From: Octopus vulgaris
Taxonomy: Eukaryota
Reading direction: 5' to 3'
DNA length: 64,000 nt
Assembly (NCBI GenBank): GCA_951406725.2
Contig: OX597816.1
Location: forward strand, 107,074,001 to 107,138,000
Position 1 is the first letter of the stretch. Each line of letters begins with the position of its first letter. The notes under the pieces are model-generated. The model worked only from the letters and a program-made list of their open reading frames with translations, made no database searches and had not been told where the DNA came from. Both the position numbers and the translations under genes were made by a program. Below, piece by piece: positions 30,085 through 42,595 of this stretch.

Positions 30085-30477
30085 TACTTGTTTGTCATTT
30101 GACTGCGGCCATGCTGAAGCACCGCCTTTAATCGAGCAAATCGACCCCAGGACTTATTCTTTTGTAAGCCCAGTACTTATTTTATCGGTCTCTTTTTGCC
30201 GAACCGCTGAGTAACGGGGACATAAACACACCGGCATCGGTTGTCAAGCAATGCTAGGGGGACAAACACAGACACACAAACACATACACACACACATATA
30301 TATATATATACATATATACGACAGGCTTCTTTCAGTTTCCGTCTACCAAATCCACTCACAAGGCTTTGGTCGGCCCGAGGCTATAGTAGAAGACACTTAC
30401 CCAAGGTGCCACGCAGTGGGACTGAACCCGGAACCATGTGGTTGGTAAACAAGCTACTTACCACACAGCCACTCCTC
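30085..30477 (-). mobile_element. Near-complete family-A tRNA/CORE SINE (resembles octopus OR-type SINEs)
   Basis: Minus head GAGGAGTGGCTGTGTGGTAAGTAGCTTG..GGTTCCGGGTTCAGTCCC, CORE-like GGCACCTTGGGTAAGTGTCTTCTACTATAGCCTCGG, central (TA)(TG) microsatellite, and a 3' part ending ..GCAGTCAAATGAC..AAGTAA. Confidence 0.9.
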
Positions 30478-30744
30478 AACATTCTATATTTTTATATACA
30501 TCTAAATGAACGCACACATACACAAATGTTCATATTTTACAGTGGCCCATATGTTTACTCACTAATCTTTGTCTCTCTCTCTCTCTCTATCTCACCCTCT
30601 TTCTTTCTTTCTTTCTTTCTTTTTCTCTCTCTCTTTCTCCCCTCCCCCATTCTCTCTTTCCCTGTTATGCATGTGAATGTAATTGGGAGTTCTTTTACCA
30701 AGTGTTCAATATTTCGCTTAGACGGACTTTAAAATAACAATTTT

Positions 30745-30789
<45 letters not shown>

Positions 30790-30944
30790 GAGAGAGGTGG
30801 GGGGTTGAATTCGAAGAAAGGTGTAAGAGGTGAGTGAAGAAAAAATTACTATTTATATCACGGCTGCACAAAGATATTTACAACATGACTTTCATCATTG
30901 ACTGTGGATGAAACCAAAGCTATGACGTCACAAAAACTCGCTGG

Positions 30945-31337
30945 CTGAGCCATTGTCTATTCAGAGATATGCCTCTACCAAATACCAAATTACTCTGAGA
31001 TATTGTTTGCGTGTCGGCATAGGCACAAATATCTGCTGAAAATGCTTCAACAGCAAATAGAGTAACCATCTCTGCCCCTGAGCCATTGTCTATTCAGAGA
31101 TATGCCTCTACCAAATACCAAATTACTCTGAGATATTGTTTGCGTGTCGGCATAGACACAAATATCTGCTGAAAATGCTTCAACAGCAAATAGAGTAACC
31201 ATCTCTGCCCCTGAGCCATTGTCTATTCAGAGATATGCCTCTACCAAATTACTCTGAGATATTGTTTGCGTGTCGGCATAGACACAAATATCTGCTGAAA
31301 ATGCTTCAACAGCAAATTGAGTAACCATCTCTGCCCC
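30945..31337. repeat. Tandem triplication of a 133-bp unit
   Basis: CTGAGCCATTGTCTATTCAG starts at 30945, 31078 and 31211. The third unit lacks one TACCAAA. Confidence 0.95.
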
Positions 31338-31577
31338 ACTTGAACCAATCACCGCAACAACATATTGTAATAATTCCTCTTTACACTGGGATTTGTAATA
31401 ATCACGTGACTAGCAACGGCTTCCTTATAGAAATAACTTCCTTTCTCATACAAGTGCTTCACATATTAAATATTTCGAAATAAACATTCTTGGTCTCAAC
31501 CACATTCTGGCAGTTCTACGTTGTCGAGTTGTTTTATCATTTGACCGACTAATGAAAATCAAACAATGCGACATTCT

Positions 31578-31832
31578 GTATGTACTTTATTCCGTGACAC
31601 TCACACCACGATGTTGCTCTATATCATATGCAGCAAAGGATGAAAGACAAAATCGGCATCAGTGAAATTCGAACTCAGAATAGACGAAATTGCACCTAAG
31701 CATTTTGCCCAGCGTGCTATGCCCAGCGTGCCTCACGAACACACAGACACAAAAACATGCTAACACTTACAAACTCCCAACATCAGCATGATTGTAAAAT
31801 ATTGAATGAGTGTCACGGAATAAAGTACATAC
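31578..31832. mobile_element. Small element with perfect 26-bp inverted repeats
   Basis: GTATGTACTTTATTCCGTGACACTCA (31578-31603) and its exact reverse complement (31807-31832). No clear TSD. Confidence 0.6.
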
Positions 31833-32659
31833 GGTGGTTCATTACTTTTGAATACGTGAGTGTGCGTGTAAATGCTATGGAAATAATATAGTACACACAA
31901 ACGCACGCACGCACACACACATACACACATACACACTCATATATATTTAATCGAGTGTAACCGACGGAACACCACGACAAACAAATATTAATTTTTTTTA
32001 AGCGAGCTGACAATAAATAATTGGACTTATGCATATGCAATGGTCGCTATGAAAAAAAAATTAAAAAAAACAAAAACAAAAAATCTTTTCAATATCAAAT
32101 AACCACCACCACTGCTAATGCTTTTCTCTCTCTCTCACTCACTCACTCACTCATTCTCTCTCTCTCTCTCAATATAACTTCCTCCCCTGTCCATTGCTCT
32201 CTATCTACCTTTCCCTTCAGCTAACTTTTTAACCGCGTAATAAGTATTCCTTCTGCACGTCGTTAATACTTTTCTCTCGTCGTCTTTTTCGTTCGTTCTT
32301 TGCCTCTACTTTCAGCTGACCACGTGACCATTTAGCCTAGGTGTATTAATATTAATCACTTTTTTCTACTTCTTCCTATCTTCTTTTTTCACTCCTCCCT
32401 CTCTCTTTCTCACCCTTGCTCAATTTCTTACTCACCCCACCCTCTCCTCTCTAACTAATGTATAACGGGCGAACGAACAAGCAGATTATTATATAGATTT
32501 CCATGCCATGAATCCAAATATCACCTTGAAAAATGCTTCTTAGATATAGGTTTACAGATACATGACATGTAATGTTTGATTATTTTATTATATGTGCCGT
32601 TATGTTTTAAGCTCTAGTCCGTATCTACTCTCTGCCGTTTTGCTTGACGCTTATAGTGA

Positions 32660-34340
32660 GCTGAAGAATCATCTCTTGCCAATGTCCAGCAATAGTATGC
32701 AAACTTTGTTGGGCTGTATTTGACTTCGTACCGCTTTACCATGGTTGGAATATCTTAGTGAAACTTTTCACCATGTTCGTCACTAACTGCTTCACAGTAC
32801 GCTGAAAAAAAGTTTAAACGTGAGTTCAAAAGTGGATTTTAAGTGACATGTAAAATTCCATGTTCTTGTAAACCTTGGTGAGGTTTTCCACCACTTCTTC
32901 ATAATTTCCTTCCCTTCTGTTTCCGAGAAATCACTTCACCACTAACTTGAATGCTTCCCAAGCAGCTTTCTCCTCTCCATGAAGGGTTGATTCAAAGCTA
33001 TCATCTTTACGAAGCTCTCAAATCTGAGGACCAATGAAGACTCTCTCTTTTATCTTAGCGACGCTCATTGAGGAGAATTTTTATGTTAAATACGTGAATT
33101 CCTGACCGGATTTGTCCATAGCTTTTACAAAGTTTTTCGGTTTTATGTGTAGTGGTGGCAGCAAAATTTTGCTTTTGAGTGGTGGATGTCGATCGTTTTT
33201 AATCCTTGGCTCCAATGATTGACGAGGTGGCAGTCTTTCCTGATATAGTGGGAACCTCTTGCACAGTTGTCCCATTTACACAGAAAACAGCAGTACTTGA
33301 TGTATCTGCCCTGCAAGCCCATCACAAGAGCAAAAACCTTTAAGTCACCATCGAGCTGCCATTGATCAGCTGCTAAGAGATTCCATTGCTGAAGACAAGA
33401 GCCTAGCAGCTTGTCTTATTCTTAGGTAGGTGTAGATCCCTGACAAGGTCATTGAGTTCCCTTGTGTTATGAGATGTGGTCTAGAGCAGTGCTCTGCAAC
33501 AAGTAAGCTGCAGCACAATGATGTGACTTGAGACAATGCTAGGTGTGCCGCAGTGTAACCTGAATATAATTTTTGTCCTTATACTTTTAGTTCAGGTGTG
33601 CTACCGAATTTTGAAAAAGAATATAAGTGTACCGCAAGTGAAAAAAGGTTGCGGAGCACTGGTCTAGAAGAGTGTGCTTCATCAAAATTTGAGTAATTCT
33701 GTAATCCAGCACCGTCACCCATCTCTGCTTCCTCCTCACTTCTTTCTTTATCTGACTCGAAGGATACCGAAGTTGGTGCATCAGAAACAGGTAAATCGTA
33801 TAAGGCGGCAAGCTGGCAGAAACGTTAGCACACCGGGCGAAATACCTAGCGGTATTTCGTCGGCCATTACGTTCTGAGTTAAAATTCCGCCGAAGCCCAC
33901 TTTGCCTTTCATCCTTTTGGGGGTCGATAAATTAAGTACCAGTTACGCACTGGGGTCGATATAATCAACTTAATCCGTTTGTTTGTCCTTGTTTGTCCCC
34001 TCTATGTTTAGCCCCTTGTGGGTAGTAAAGAAATAAGAAACAGGTATACCGTCTCCATGTTGAACTGGGCGAATAACTGATGGAATGTTTGGATATTCAA
34101 TGACAACTTAACAATAGGAAAATAAAATTAATATAAAATACCTCAGATGCACATCAGTAGCTTGCCCAATGAATATGTATTATAAGTTTAAAATGTGTTT
34201 GACTAAGAAAATTACCTACCTTTCACCTCAATATATAAACTTGAACAGTACAACCACTTTCTATGACCTTTGGAACAATACTGAAGGGCTGTGGGCCTGA
34301 GTGCTGTAAGAAACGCACAGTCGTAAACATGTTGGAACTT
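32660..34340 (-). pseudogene. Decayed Chapaev3-like (CMC) DNA transposase with nested insertions
   Basis: Minus-strand motifs GDLKV..GLQGRYIKYCCFLCKWD, LLPPLHIK..KNFVKAMD, KIKERVFIGPQI, AWEAFKLVV..FLGN, MSLKIHF, AVSDEHGEKFH, YCWTL in 32670-33365. Weaker N-terminal traces extend to ~34340. Confidence 0.8.
33487..33661. mobile_element. hAT-Charlie-like MITE
   Basis: TIRs CAGTGCTCTGCAAC / GTTGCGGAGCACTG. 8-bp TSD GTCTAGAG / GTCTAGAA (7 of 8 match) centred on TCTAGA. Confidence 0.85.
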
Positions 34341-34914
34341 GTTTTGACTTGTACGTATATCTCGAAAAGTTGAGTTAACAAGCACTTTTAACCATGATAT
34401 TCATTATCAGCGATCTAAAGTTGGTTGGAAATTGCTACTCAGGTCTCAGAAGCATTTTGGTTATTGACCAGTGTAATTAAGTATAATAATATTTATAATT
34501 CGTTGTTTTCGCATCCACTAGCTACCTTACTTAACGATAAAGCACGTCTCATGCATGTGTGTAATTACACACGCACACAGTGCTTGTATGTATGTATGTA
34601 TGTATGTATGTATGTATGTATGTATGTATGTATGTATGTATGTATCTATTTGTCTATTTATGCATCTGAGTATCTATCCAGTTATTTCACTCACTAGCAA
34701 CATGCATGCATGCATACATACATACATACATACATACATACATACATACATACATACATACATACATACATACATACAAACAAAAGTACCCTGTTGATAG
34801 TGAAACACCAATGAAAGAGCCTAGGATCAACGTTAGAAACCGGCTCTTTATTTGCAAGAAATCTTGAAATAAAACTGAATAATGACGTACATACATACAT
34901 ACATGCATATGTAC

Positions 34915-34966
<52 letters not shown>

Positions 34967-35099
34967 GTATGTGTGTGTATGTCTGTGTGTGTGTGTGTAA
35001 AACGAGAGAAAGGGAGGGAGAGAGATTACGCGCTCCATCAAAATATTAAAAATAGCAGCCAGATGTCAAATTGCACGTTAGCATCCTTAACGAAGGATA

Positions 35100-36391
35100 C
35101 GAGGGGCGTTCAATAAGTAATGCCCCTGACCCACTTCCCATAGCAGTAGAGCAACGAAACGTGGCACAGTTATTAGTCCTTTTCTACATAGGAACCACCC
35201 AGAGTTACGCATTTTCCCCATCGTTTGATGCAGCTCTGGAGACCGTTTTTGTAGAAGACCCCAGCTTGGTCCTCCAATTACGACGTGACTTCAGAAATCA
35301 AGGCTGCATCATCTGGGAAACGCTTTCCTTTCAAAAACAACTTCATGGCTGGGAAGAGGTGAAAATCAGAGGGTGCAAGGTCGGGAGAGTAGGGGGATGG
35401 GGGAGGAGTTCATAGCCGCACGCCTGTGCTTCTGATCTGGTGACACGCGAGTTATGGATCGGAGCGTTGTCCTGCAGGAGGAGGATGCCTTTGCTGATCT
35501 TGCTCCGCCTCTTGATTTTGATAGCTTCTCTTAATTTCCTCAAAACTGAAGCATAATAGGCTCCTGTAATTGTGGTACCCTTTGCCAGGAAATCTGTCAT
35601 CACTACTCCGTCCTGGTCCCAGAAGACTGTGAGCATGACCTTGCCAGCGAAGTGCTGCACCCTTGCCTTCTTTGGAGGAGGTGAGTTACGGTGCTTCCAC
35701 TGCATTGACTGTGCTTTGGTCTCTGGATCATAGTGATGAACCCAGGTTTCATCCTGCGTAGTCAGTCTTTTGAAAAATTTTGACTCATCTTCTTGGCACA
35801 TCTCCAAATTCATCCTCGAGCACTCGATGCGTTCTTGCTTCTGGAAAGGTGTGAGCAACCTGGGAATCCATCTAGCAGACACCTTTTGCATATGCAAATG
35901 GTCATGAATGATAGTTTCCACAGACCCGGTACTAATCTTGACCTGATGGGCTATTTGGCGAATTGTTATGCGTCGATCTTCCAAAATGGCAGCCTCAACT
36001 TGACGGACAGATGCCTCATCAATGGCAGAAGAGGGGCGACCAGATCTGGAAGCTGTTTCCACAGTGTTCCGACCATGTTTGAATTCACGATGCCAGCGTT
36101 TTACAAGGTCATATGATGGGGCATCATCACCATAAGTTACTTTCATTTCATCAAAAGTCTCCTGTGGTGTGCATTCTTTCAAATACAAAAACCGGATTAC
36201 TGCTCGACACTCAACAGGCTCCATTTCACACTTGACTCAGTTCAAACACCTGTAAATCAGAAACCACAATTATTTCAGAGCTGTAATTTGTCACTTAATC
36301 TATAGTGATATAAATAATTGCACATGCAAAATTTCAGCTAGATCAAACAATTGCAAGTGGGTCAGAGGCATTATTTATTGAACGTCCCTCG
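35100..36391 (-). mobile_element. Full-length mariner transposon (1292 bp)
   Basis: TIRs CGAGGGGCGTTCAATAAGTAATGCCCCTGACCCACTT / AAGTGGGTCAGAGGCATTATTTATTGAACGTCCCTCG. TA TSD at 35098-35099 and 36392-36393. Confidence 0.96.
35270..36224 (-). pseudogene. Mariner DD34D transposase, frameshifted near the C-terminus
   Basis: WIPRLL, TQDETW and LQDNAPIH motifs are in frame. A 1-bp loss in PHPP shifts YSPDLAPSDFHLF out of frame, and a premature TAA follows EVTS. Confidence 0.93.
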
Positions 36392-37285
36392 TATATCGGA
36401 GAATATGATTTCAGATACACTGTGACTGAAAAGCAGTAGGAATGATCCTCTGAAATGCCTTTGTGGATAAGGGATGAATCAGGGCTGAACAACAACATAC
36501 ATGTATGCATGGAATTTATATTTGAAACTGGCCCCTAAAGTCCCTTAACATTCAATAACAAACGCAGTAATTTCATGCAGGTTACATACTTACAAATTTA
36601 TAAATAAAAGTTTCCTTATTTTTGTCAGCAGGGAGATATTCCCAGACATACTTACGCAATTGCGCTTCCCGCCGATTTTGTTTTCCTCATAACTTTCAGA
36701 AAAATTGATAACTTTTAATGAAATTTTTTACAAATATCTTTTCGATGGCATGTATAATGTTTATATCGGAATTTAATGTACAGAATAAAAAGAGAAAAAA
36801 TGGTGGGCGCCTACACATACATACTGACACATATCAGATATCTCTAAAATGAAACTTGAAATTATAATAAAATTATATGATGTGTGTTAATATGTATGTA
36901 TGCATGGCTACCAATTCTTTTTTTTTTTTTTACATTAAATTTCGATATAACCATAATCTACACTATCTAAAAGTTATTTGTAGAAAATTTCATTAAAAAA
37001 TATCAAGTTATGAGGAAACAAAGTCAACTCGTGGGAAATATCTGAAATTTCTCGCCCCCACAGCTCCGCAACTTTTTTCATAACCAATTCCCATATAATC
37101 GGAATCTATACTATCCGAAAGTTATTTGTCGAAAATTTCCTTAAAAAATAGCAATTTAAAAAAAAAAAAAAAGGTTATGTGGAAACGAAGTCAACTTGTG
37201 GGAAATATCCAGAACTTTTCTCCTCCCCACCCACCACCCCCGAAAGATTTTACTTATTAAGTTCCGATATAAACGGAATTTATAT

Positions 37286-37760
37286 TGTAACGAACTTAAC
37301 GTGATGTGTGAATATCCTCGTGCACTTTTGGGGTGCACAAAGCAATCACTCACTAGCCGTTACTTAATAATCCAGAATCTCTACTAGTCAGAAACAACAA
37401 GACGCAGACGTAAAAACGGAAAGGGGTCAAGATGGCGTCGAACAATGGAGACGATGTTGGTCTGCAACAATTTGGTTAAAGCCCTTTTGGTAAGGACTGC
37501 CAGAATCTAATCCTGACGGAGAGAATATATGCGTGACCGTCGACGTCAATCGCTAAGTCCCAAGTCACCGAGGACTGGACGCTGGTAGTCAACGTCTTAC
37601 GACCCCCTTGCCTCGCTAACTGCTACGTAGGCAATAGGGTCGTGCTACCGGTGGTTCGCGCATGCGCGAGAGGGCCTTCCTTTCTGTGCCTTGGTGAAGG
37701 CACCAACACGCGCGAAATACAAATGGTCGGTGCGCGAGCGCGCGTTATAATATCACTACA
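37286..37760. mobile_element. Solo LTR (Gypsy-like)
   Basis: TGTA...TACA termini and a 4-bp TSD ATAT (37282-37285, 37761-37764). It is CpG-rich. It splits the third copy of a local repeat (GGAAT.TATA|.ATCCGAAAGTTATTTG, seen intact at ~37100-37130). Confidence 0.85.
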
Positions 37761-39190
37761 ATATCATCCGAAAGTTATTTGTTGAAAATTTCATTAAAAA
37801 ATATTTTTTCTTAAAGTTATGAAAACAAAATCGTAGTGCGCGCGCGCGTGTGTATGTGTGAGACATTTGTGTATGTTTACCCGTTCCCACAGGCTCTAAT
37901 GCACTTGTATTTCACCCCTGGAATTAAATTTGGGGCTGCTCCACCTTTGATCTAGATAAACATATTTATTACATTCACACTAAACAGCAAATATCCGTAT
38001 ATACTTACACACACATGTGCGCGCCCGCATTAATTACATACAGCTAAGCATATATACGTATACAGACATACTTAAGTGTATACATAGTTTATGAAGTGAC
38101 CGACCAAATTATCTAAAAACAGATTGTTGTTGCACTTTGGCAAAGACGTTAGCTAGCAAATACACGAAGTCAGTAGGAAATAGAAACCTCGCTCGGTTGT
38201 CAGTGGAGTTTGGTTTAGTTCCTAGCCTACAGGATGTTCTCGCCAATGCTAACAGTTTCGCCTGACAACATTAATAATCTAGCCAGCTGATTTTGTATAA
38301 TTCACTGAGATGATGCGACTTCCGGCCGCTCTCTATTCACATGTATTAGTCGAATTCGTTTCACCGCACTGACAATCACTTTCACTTTACTCCGACACAC
38401 ACACACACACATACACATGCGCCCGCGCGCACGAATCTGTCGAAACATAAAGATGTTGACGTCATAAGAATTGTGTAAACTTTCGAGAGAATGCGAAATA
38501 ATTGTTGTTTTTTTTAGTAGTAGGTATCGAAACACACAAATAAAGCCTTAAATAAAGGAATGGTAAATATGTTGTTGAAAAATTATTTTGTATAGAAAAA
38601 GTCTAACGCACGGGCAATTATCATTTATAGCCTTAACCGTCTGCTTCGAGATCCACTATTCGCAAAAAGAGATATTGAAAGCTGTTTTGTCATGGATAAA
38701 CTTTTAGCCGGTCATTCAACATGCTCGAAATAACAGCCAAATCTCCCTCAAAATCAAACTCCAAGAAAAAACACACTTTGGATAATGTATATGTTTAGAT
38801 ACTTCTATAAAGATGATAACGGATGGAATACTTTTGATCATGACTTCGCGTTACCAACACTGCTTAGTTGGCTTCTGAATGAAGTATCTCGCTTAGAGAA
38901 CTATGCTCGTATTGAATCAAAATCTTTAAGATTAAGCGATTAATTAACCTACCTGGTCAGACAGAACGTCTGAACACAATTCTATACATAACTTATATTC
39001 GCTGTACCAGCGTATATAAATTTTATGGTTGATGTGTATTTTCGTACAATGTTACTGGCATAGTTATGGCGCCCGTTTAGTTAGTTTGTAGCCGTGGTAA
39101 GCACATCGTAAATGCGTGATATTAATACCATTTACAATAAACTATAATGAACTCTGTATGTGTCTACATACATACATACATGTATACTTA

Positions 39191-39278
39191 CAATGCAGGC
39201 GTGGAAAAATTGCGTCCGATATTTAAAAATGCATGCATGCATACACACACATGCACAAATACTTACATACATACATGT

Positions 39279-39314
<36 letters not shown>

Positions 39315-40005
39315 ACATATATATATATGTGTGTGTATATGCTTATATGATTGTATGTATGTATATATTATCTATATATGTAAATATACGCACATATATA
39401 CTTACATACACATATATACATACATATTTGTATGTATGTATCTATATGTATGTATATATGTTTACATATATATGTATGTATGATTGTCTTCTATCATTCA
39501 TCTCATTGAGAATAATTTCTTTAGCTTCTTGATTCTAGATCCAGTTCTTTTAATGAATTCTAACTCCCCACGAAGTAAAAGAAATCTACCTTCTAAACAG
39601 CTGAATCCTCCGGCTAAACAATGAATACAGCAGACATTTTTTTCTGCTTTTTACATAGAAATCAAATAAAATATAACGAACAAAAATTAAAATTGAAAGG
39701 TGAAGGAAATAATTATATATAATGAATAGGAGTGAAAGATATAAGAACCATTTTCAGAGAATTTTATTCATTTTTGTTATCAATTTTCTGTAACAAATTA
39801 TAATCTTTGTGGTGTTTTCTCACATTTGTCGAGTGCATGTCAAGTGAAAGTTATGATGTTCGTTGTTGTCATGTTCTTGCAGTTGTTTTTTTTCTCTCTC
39901 GCTCCAAGTTCAGCCCTCAACGCGCTGACATATGTTCAAAGTCGCTTTAGTGAAGTCATTCTTATCATTTTAAATATCGGACACAATTTTTCCAGGTCTG
40001 CATTA
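39191..40005. mobile_element. Tc1/mariner-type non-autonomous element or TIR pair
   Basis: ~40-bp TIRs CAATGCAGGCGTGGAAAAATTGCGTCCGATATTTAAAA / TTTTAAATATCGGACACAATTTTTCCAGGTCTGCATTA, with TA on both sides. Confidence 0.65.
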
Positions 40006-41829
40006 TATGGCGTGCTTTACTTTTGTTTATTTTAGTCGGTAGAATGTAATTCGACGCTATTTTTAGTAACGTAGTGACCACGTAAGTTATTTAGTTAACA
40101 TGCAGTTTACTCTCGTAAAGAAGGGCAGTAAATCGTCCAAAAAAACCAAAACCAAAACAAAAACAAAAAAAAAGAGCAAAAAAGTAAATTGTGTTAGAAA
40201 CCGGAAATGACGACAGGGACATCCCATAACTTCATATAAAACAATATATATACGAAACTCCCATGACTATATGTACATCAGTTGAATAATTATTAGTTGA
40301 ATCAAAGAATCAAATGGCAAATCTTTTCTGTTTGTTTTTATTTCAATTCCTTCAATTTTGTTCCAATTGATTTCAAATTTGGTTTTTTGTCTAGTTTTGT
40401 TTGCTAATAACAAAAATGAAATTCATCTTTGCCATAAATTAATAAATGAAATAAAGTAAATAGGTTTTAAATTTTGAAAAGTTTGGGTAATTTTAGCCAA
40501 TCGAAAGCCACAGATATAAAGGTGCCTGTCTCCATAGTAAAGCTCTCCTGTGATTTCCTGCTTTTACGTATATTGTTGCTACTATGCAAAAATGCCAGCT
40601 TTCAAATCCTGTTTTCTGATTGAGTAAAAATGTTCAAACTTTACACTTTTGTAACATTTTTCTGAAATTTTTCTTGAATAAGCGAATAACGTCATCAAAT
40701 GCAGCGTGAAAAATTGCATCAGTATTCAAAATTTGAAAATTTTTACTTAATTTAAAAATTTTAAAAAGTGCAGCCAAACAAAAGATCGCAAGTGGCTCTT
40801 TTCAAAAACGGAATTGACTCTTACACTCCGAATGAATTCACAGGGACAACACCACCGTTTTCCGTCGGTTCTTTCTCCACAGTTCATTAATCATGCAGGA
40901 TTATTGCATTGCTCAAATGCAACTGTTTGGCCATCATGCGTCGACATGCAAACCACAAATCGCCTTCTCAGTAGCGTTTCTTTGTTGGTTTATAGGTACG
41001 TTGGAACGGTGTACTTCAGTTACTATTTCTGAAATACTTAACACATCACTAGAATGTCCTATACAAGTAGGTCCCTGTGGGCGTGGTACAACGACGGAGC
41101 TCTTGATGTTCTTTTAATGAAATTTTGGTGTGTCATTGTCGTCACTTTCGGTCGGTATCGCAATTTACTTTAATTTACTTTCACTTCTTTTCAATGCTAA
41201 AGCACACACACACACACACACACGTCTTCTAACTTGACAAGCACAACCAAATAAGTGCTTGGAGTTTACTTGCAGGTACATGCATATAGGCATGCACCAA
41301 CCAGTTCAGATAACCACAAAACCCCAACGTTTCTAGTAACCGGCTTCAATTCTGCAAAGGAAGAAATGCTTAAAGAAGTCACAAAGAACATACATTCAAA
41401 ACCAATACTGTCAGACCATCACAAATTCCCCTTCTTCTACTCATTATGATATGTAAAAGACTTCATTATTCAAATTAATTTCAATATCGGATACCAAACA
41501 GCAGATGGCAAATGGTTATTTTAATAAATAACCCCTTATACTCTTTCCTATTTTCCTACTAGAAGTGCACAGTTAGTCTCAGGGACGTAATTTGACTAAA
41601 CTGAGAGGGCTACACTTCTTTCACATTCTTTTCGTTCTTTCTAAAACTTCTTATCTTTTAATGACAAGTTATTTCTATTTGTGCCTTAGAAATAGATGTT
41701 ACACAAATTTCTGCTATATGAAACTAGGAGCAAATTTGTATATGTTAAGCAAATAACACAGTCTATATACATACATGCCACACACAAACACACCCACGCA
41801 CTCCATATATATGTATTTACATATGTATA

Positions 41830-41867
<38 letters not shown>

Positions 41868-42009
41868 TTGTGTGTATGTATATGTATACGATGGATATAT
41901 TATCGCCATTTTATATATTTTTAAATTCGCGCATGTGCATTGTTTGTTTTTGATTTTGTCAACTACACAGAATAACTGGGTCAGTTGGGCACTGTCTGTG
42001 AGAAAAACA

Positions 42010-42595
42010 ATACCATGATGTAATTCACTCAGTCAGAAATTTAGAAACGATATGCTGTACTGCTCGGCATTCGCTCCGGAAGCTCTAATTCGAACATTTC
42101 AGAGTGCTTAGGTGTCAGTCTGAGGAGAGTGCAGAGGATTCGGAAAGAGTTGGTGATTACGAAGGTACGGCAACTCGGAAAACTCACTCTGATCGCTCTG
42201 ATAGGAAAAGAACTCCTGAATTTGTTGACGAGATCCAGGCCATGATTGACAACGATCCCTCCAAGTCAATCAGGTCTATCGCCAGGGACATGGGTGTATC
42301 TGAGTTTCTTATCAGGCAACGTGTGCATGAAGACTTTCGGTATTCCTTATACAAGATGAAGAAAGGCCAATTTGTATTCCAAGACATCAAGGACAAGAGG
42401 AAAGACCGCGCTACGAAGCTTTTGAACAAACTCAAGCATCCCCTCCAACCGAACATAATTTTGTTTTTCTCGGTTGAGAAGAATTTCTGCCAGGATCAGA
42501 TGGTGAACACAAAAAACAACAGTTGATTTGTCGTGTCACCAAAACATGTACCGAGAGTGACAAAAATCAAACATCCAGTCAACACCATGTCTTGT
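42010..42595 (+). pseudogene. maT/DD37D-like Tc1-mariner transposase, N-terminal fragment
   Basis: RTPEFVDEIQAMIDNDPSKSIRSIARDMGVSEFLIRQ (HTH) and FFSVEKNF (degenerate FFSDEK). Confidence 0.8.

Noticed and set aside
30945-31337. CRISPR-like array
   Set aside because: The units are contiguous 133-bp copies with no unique spacers, in a eukaryotic context with no cas genes.
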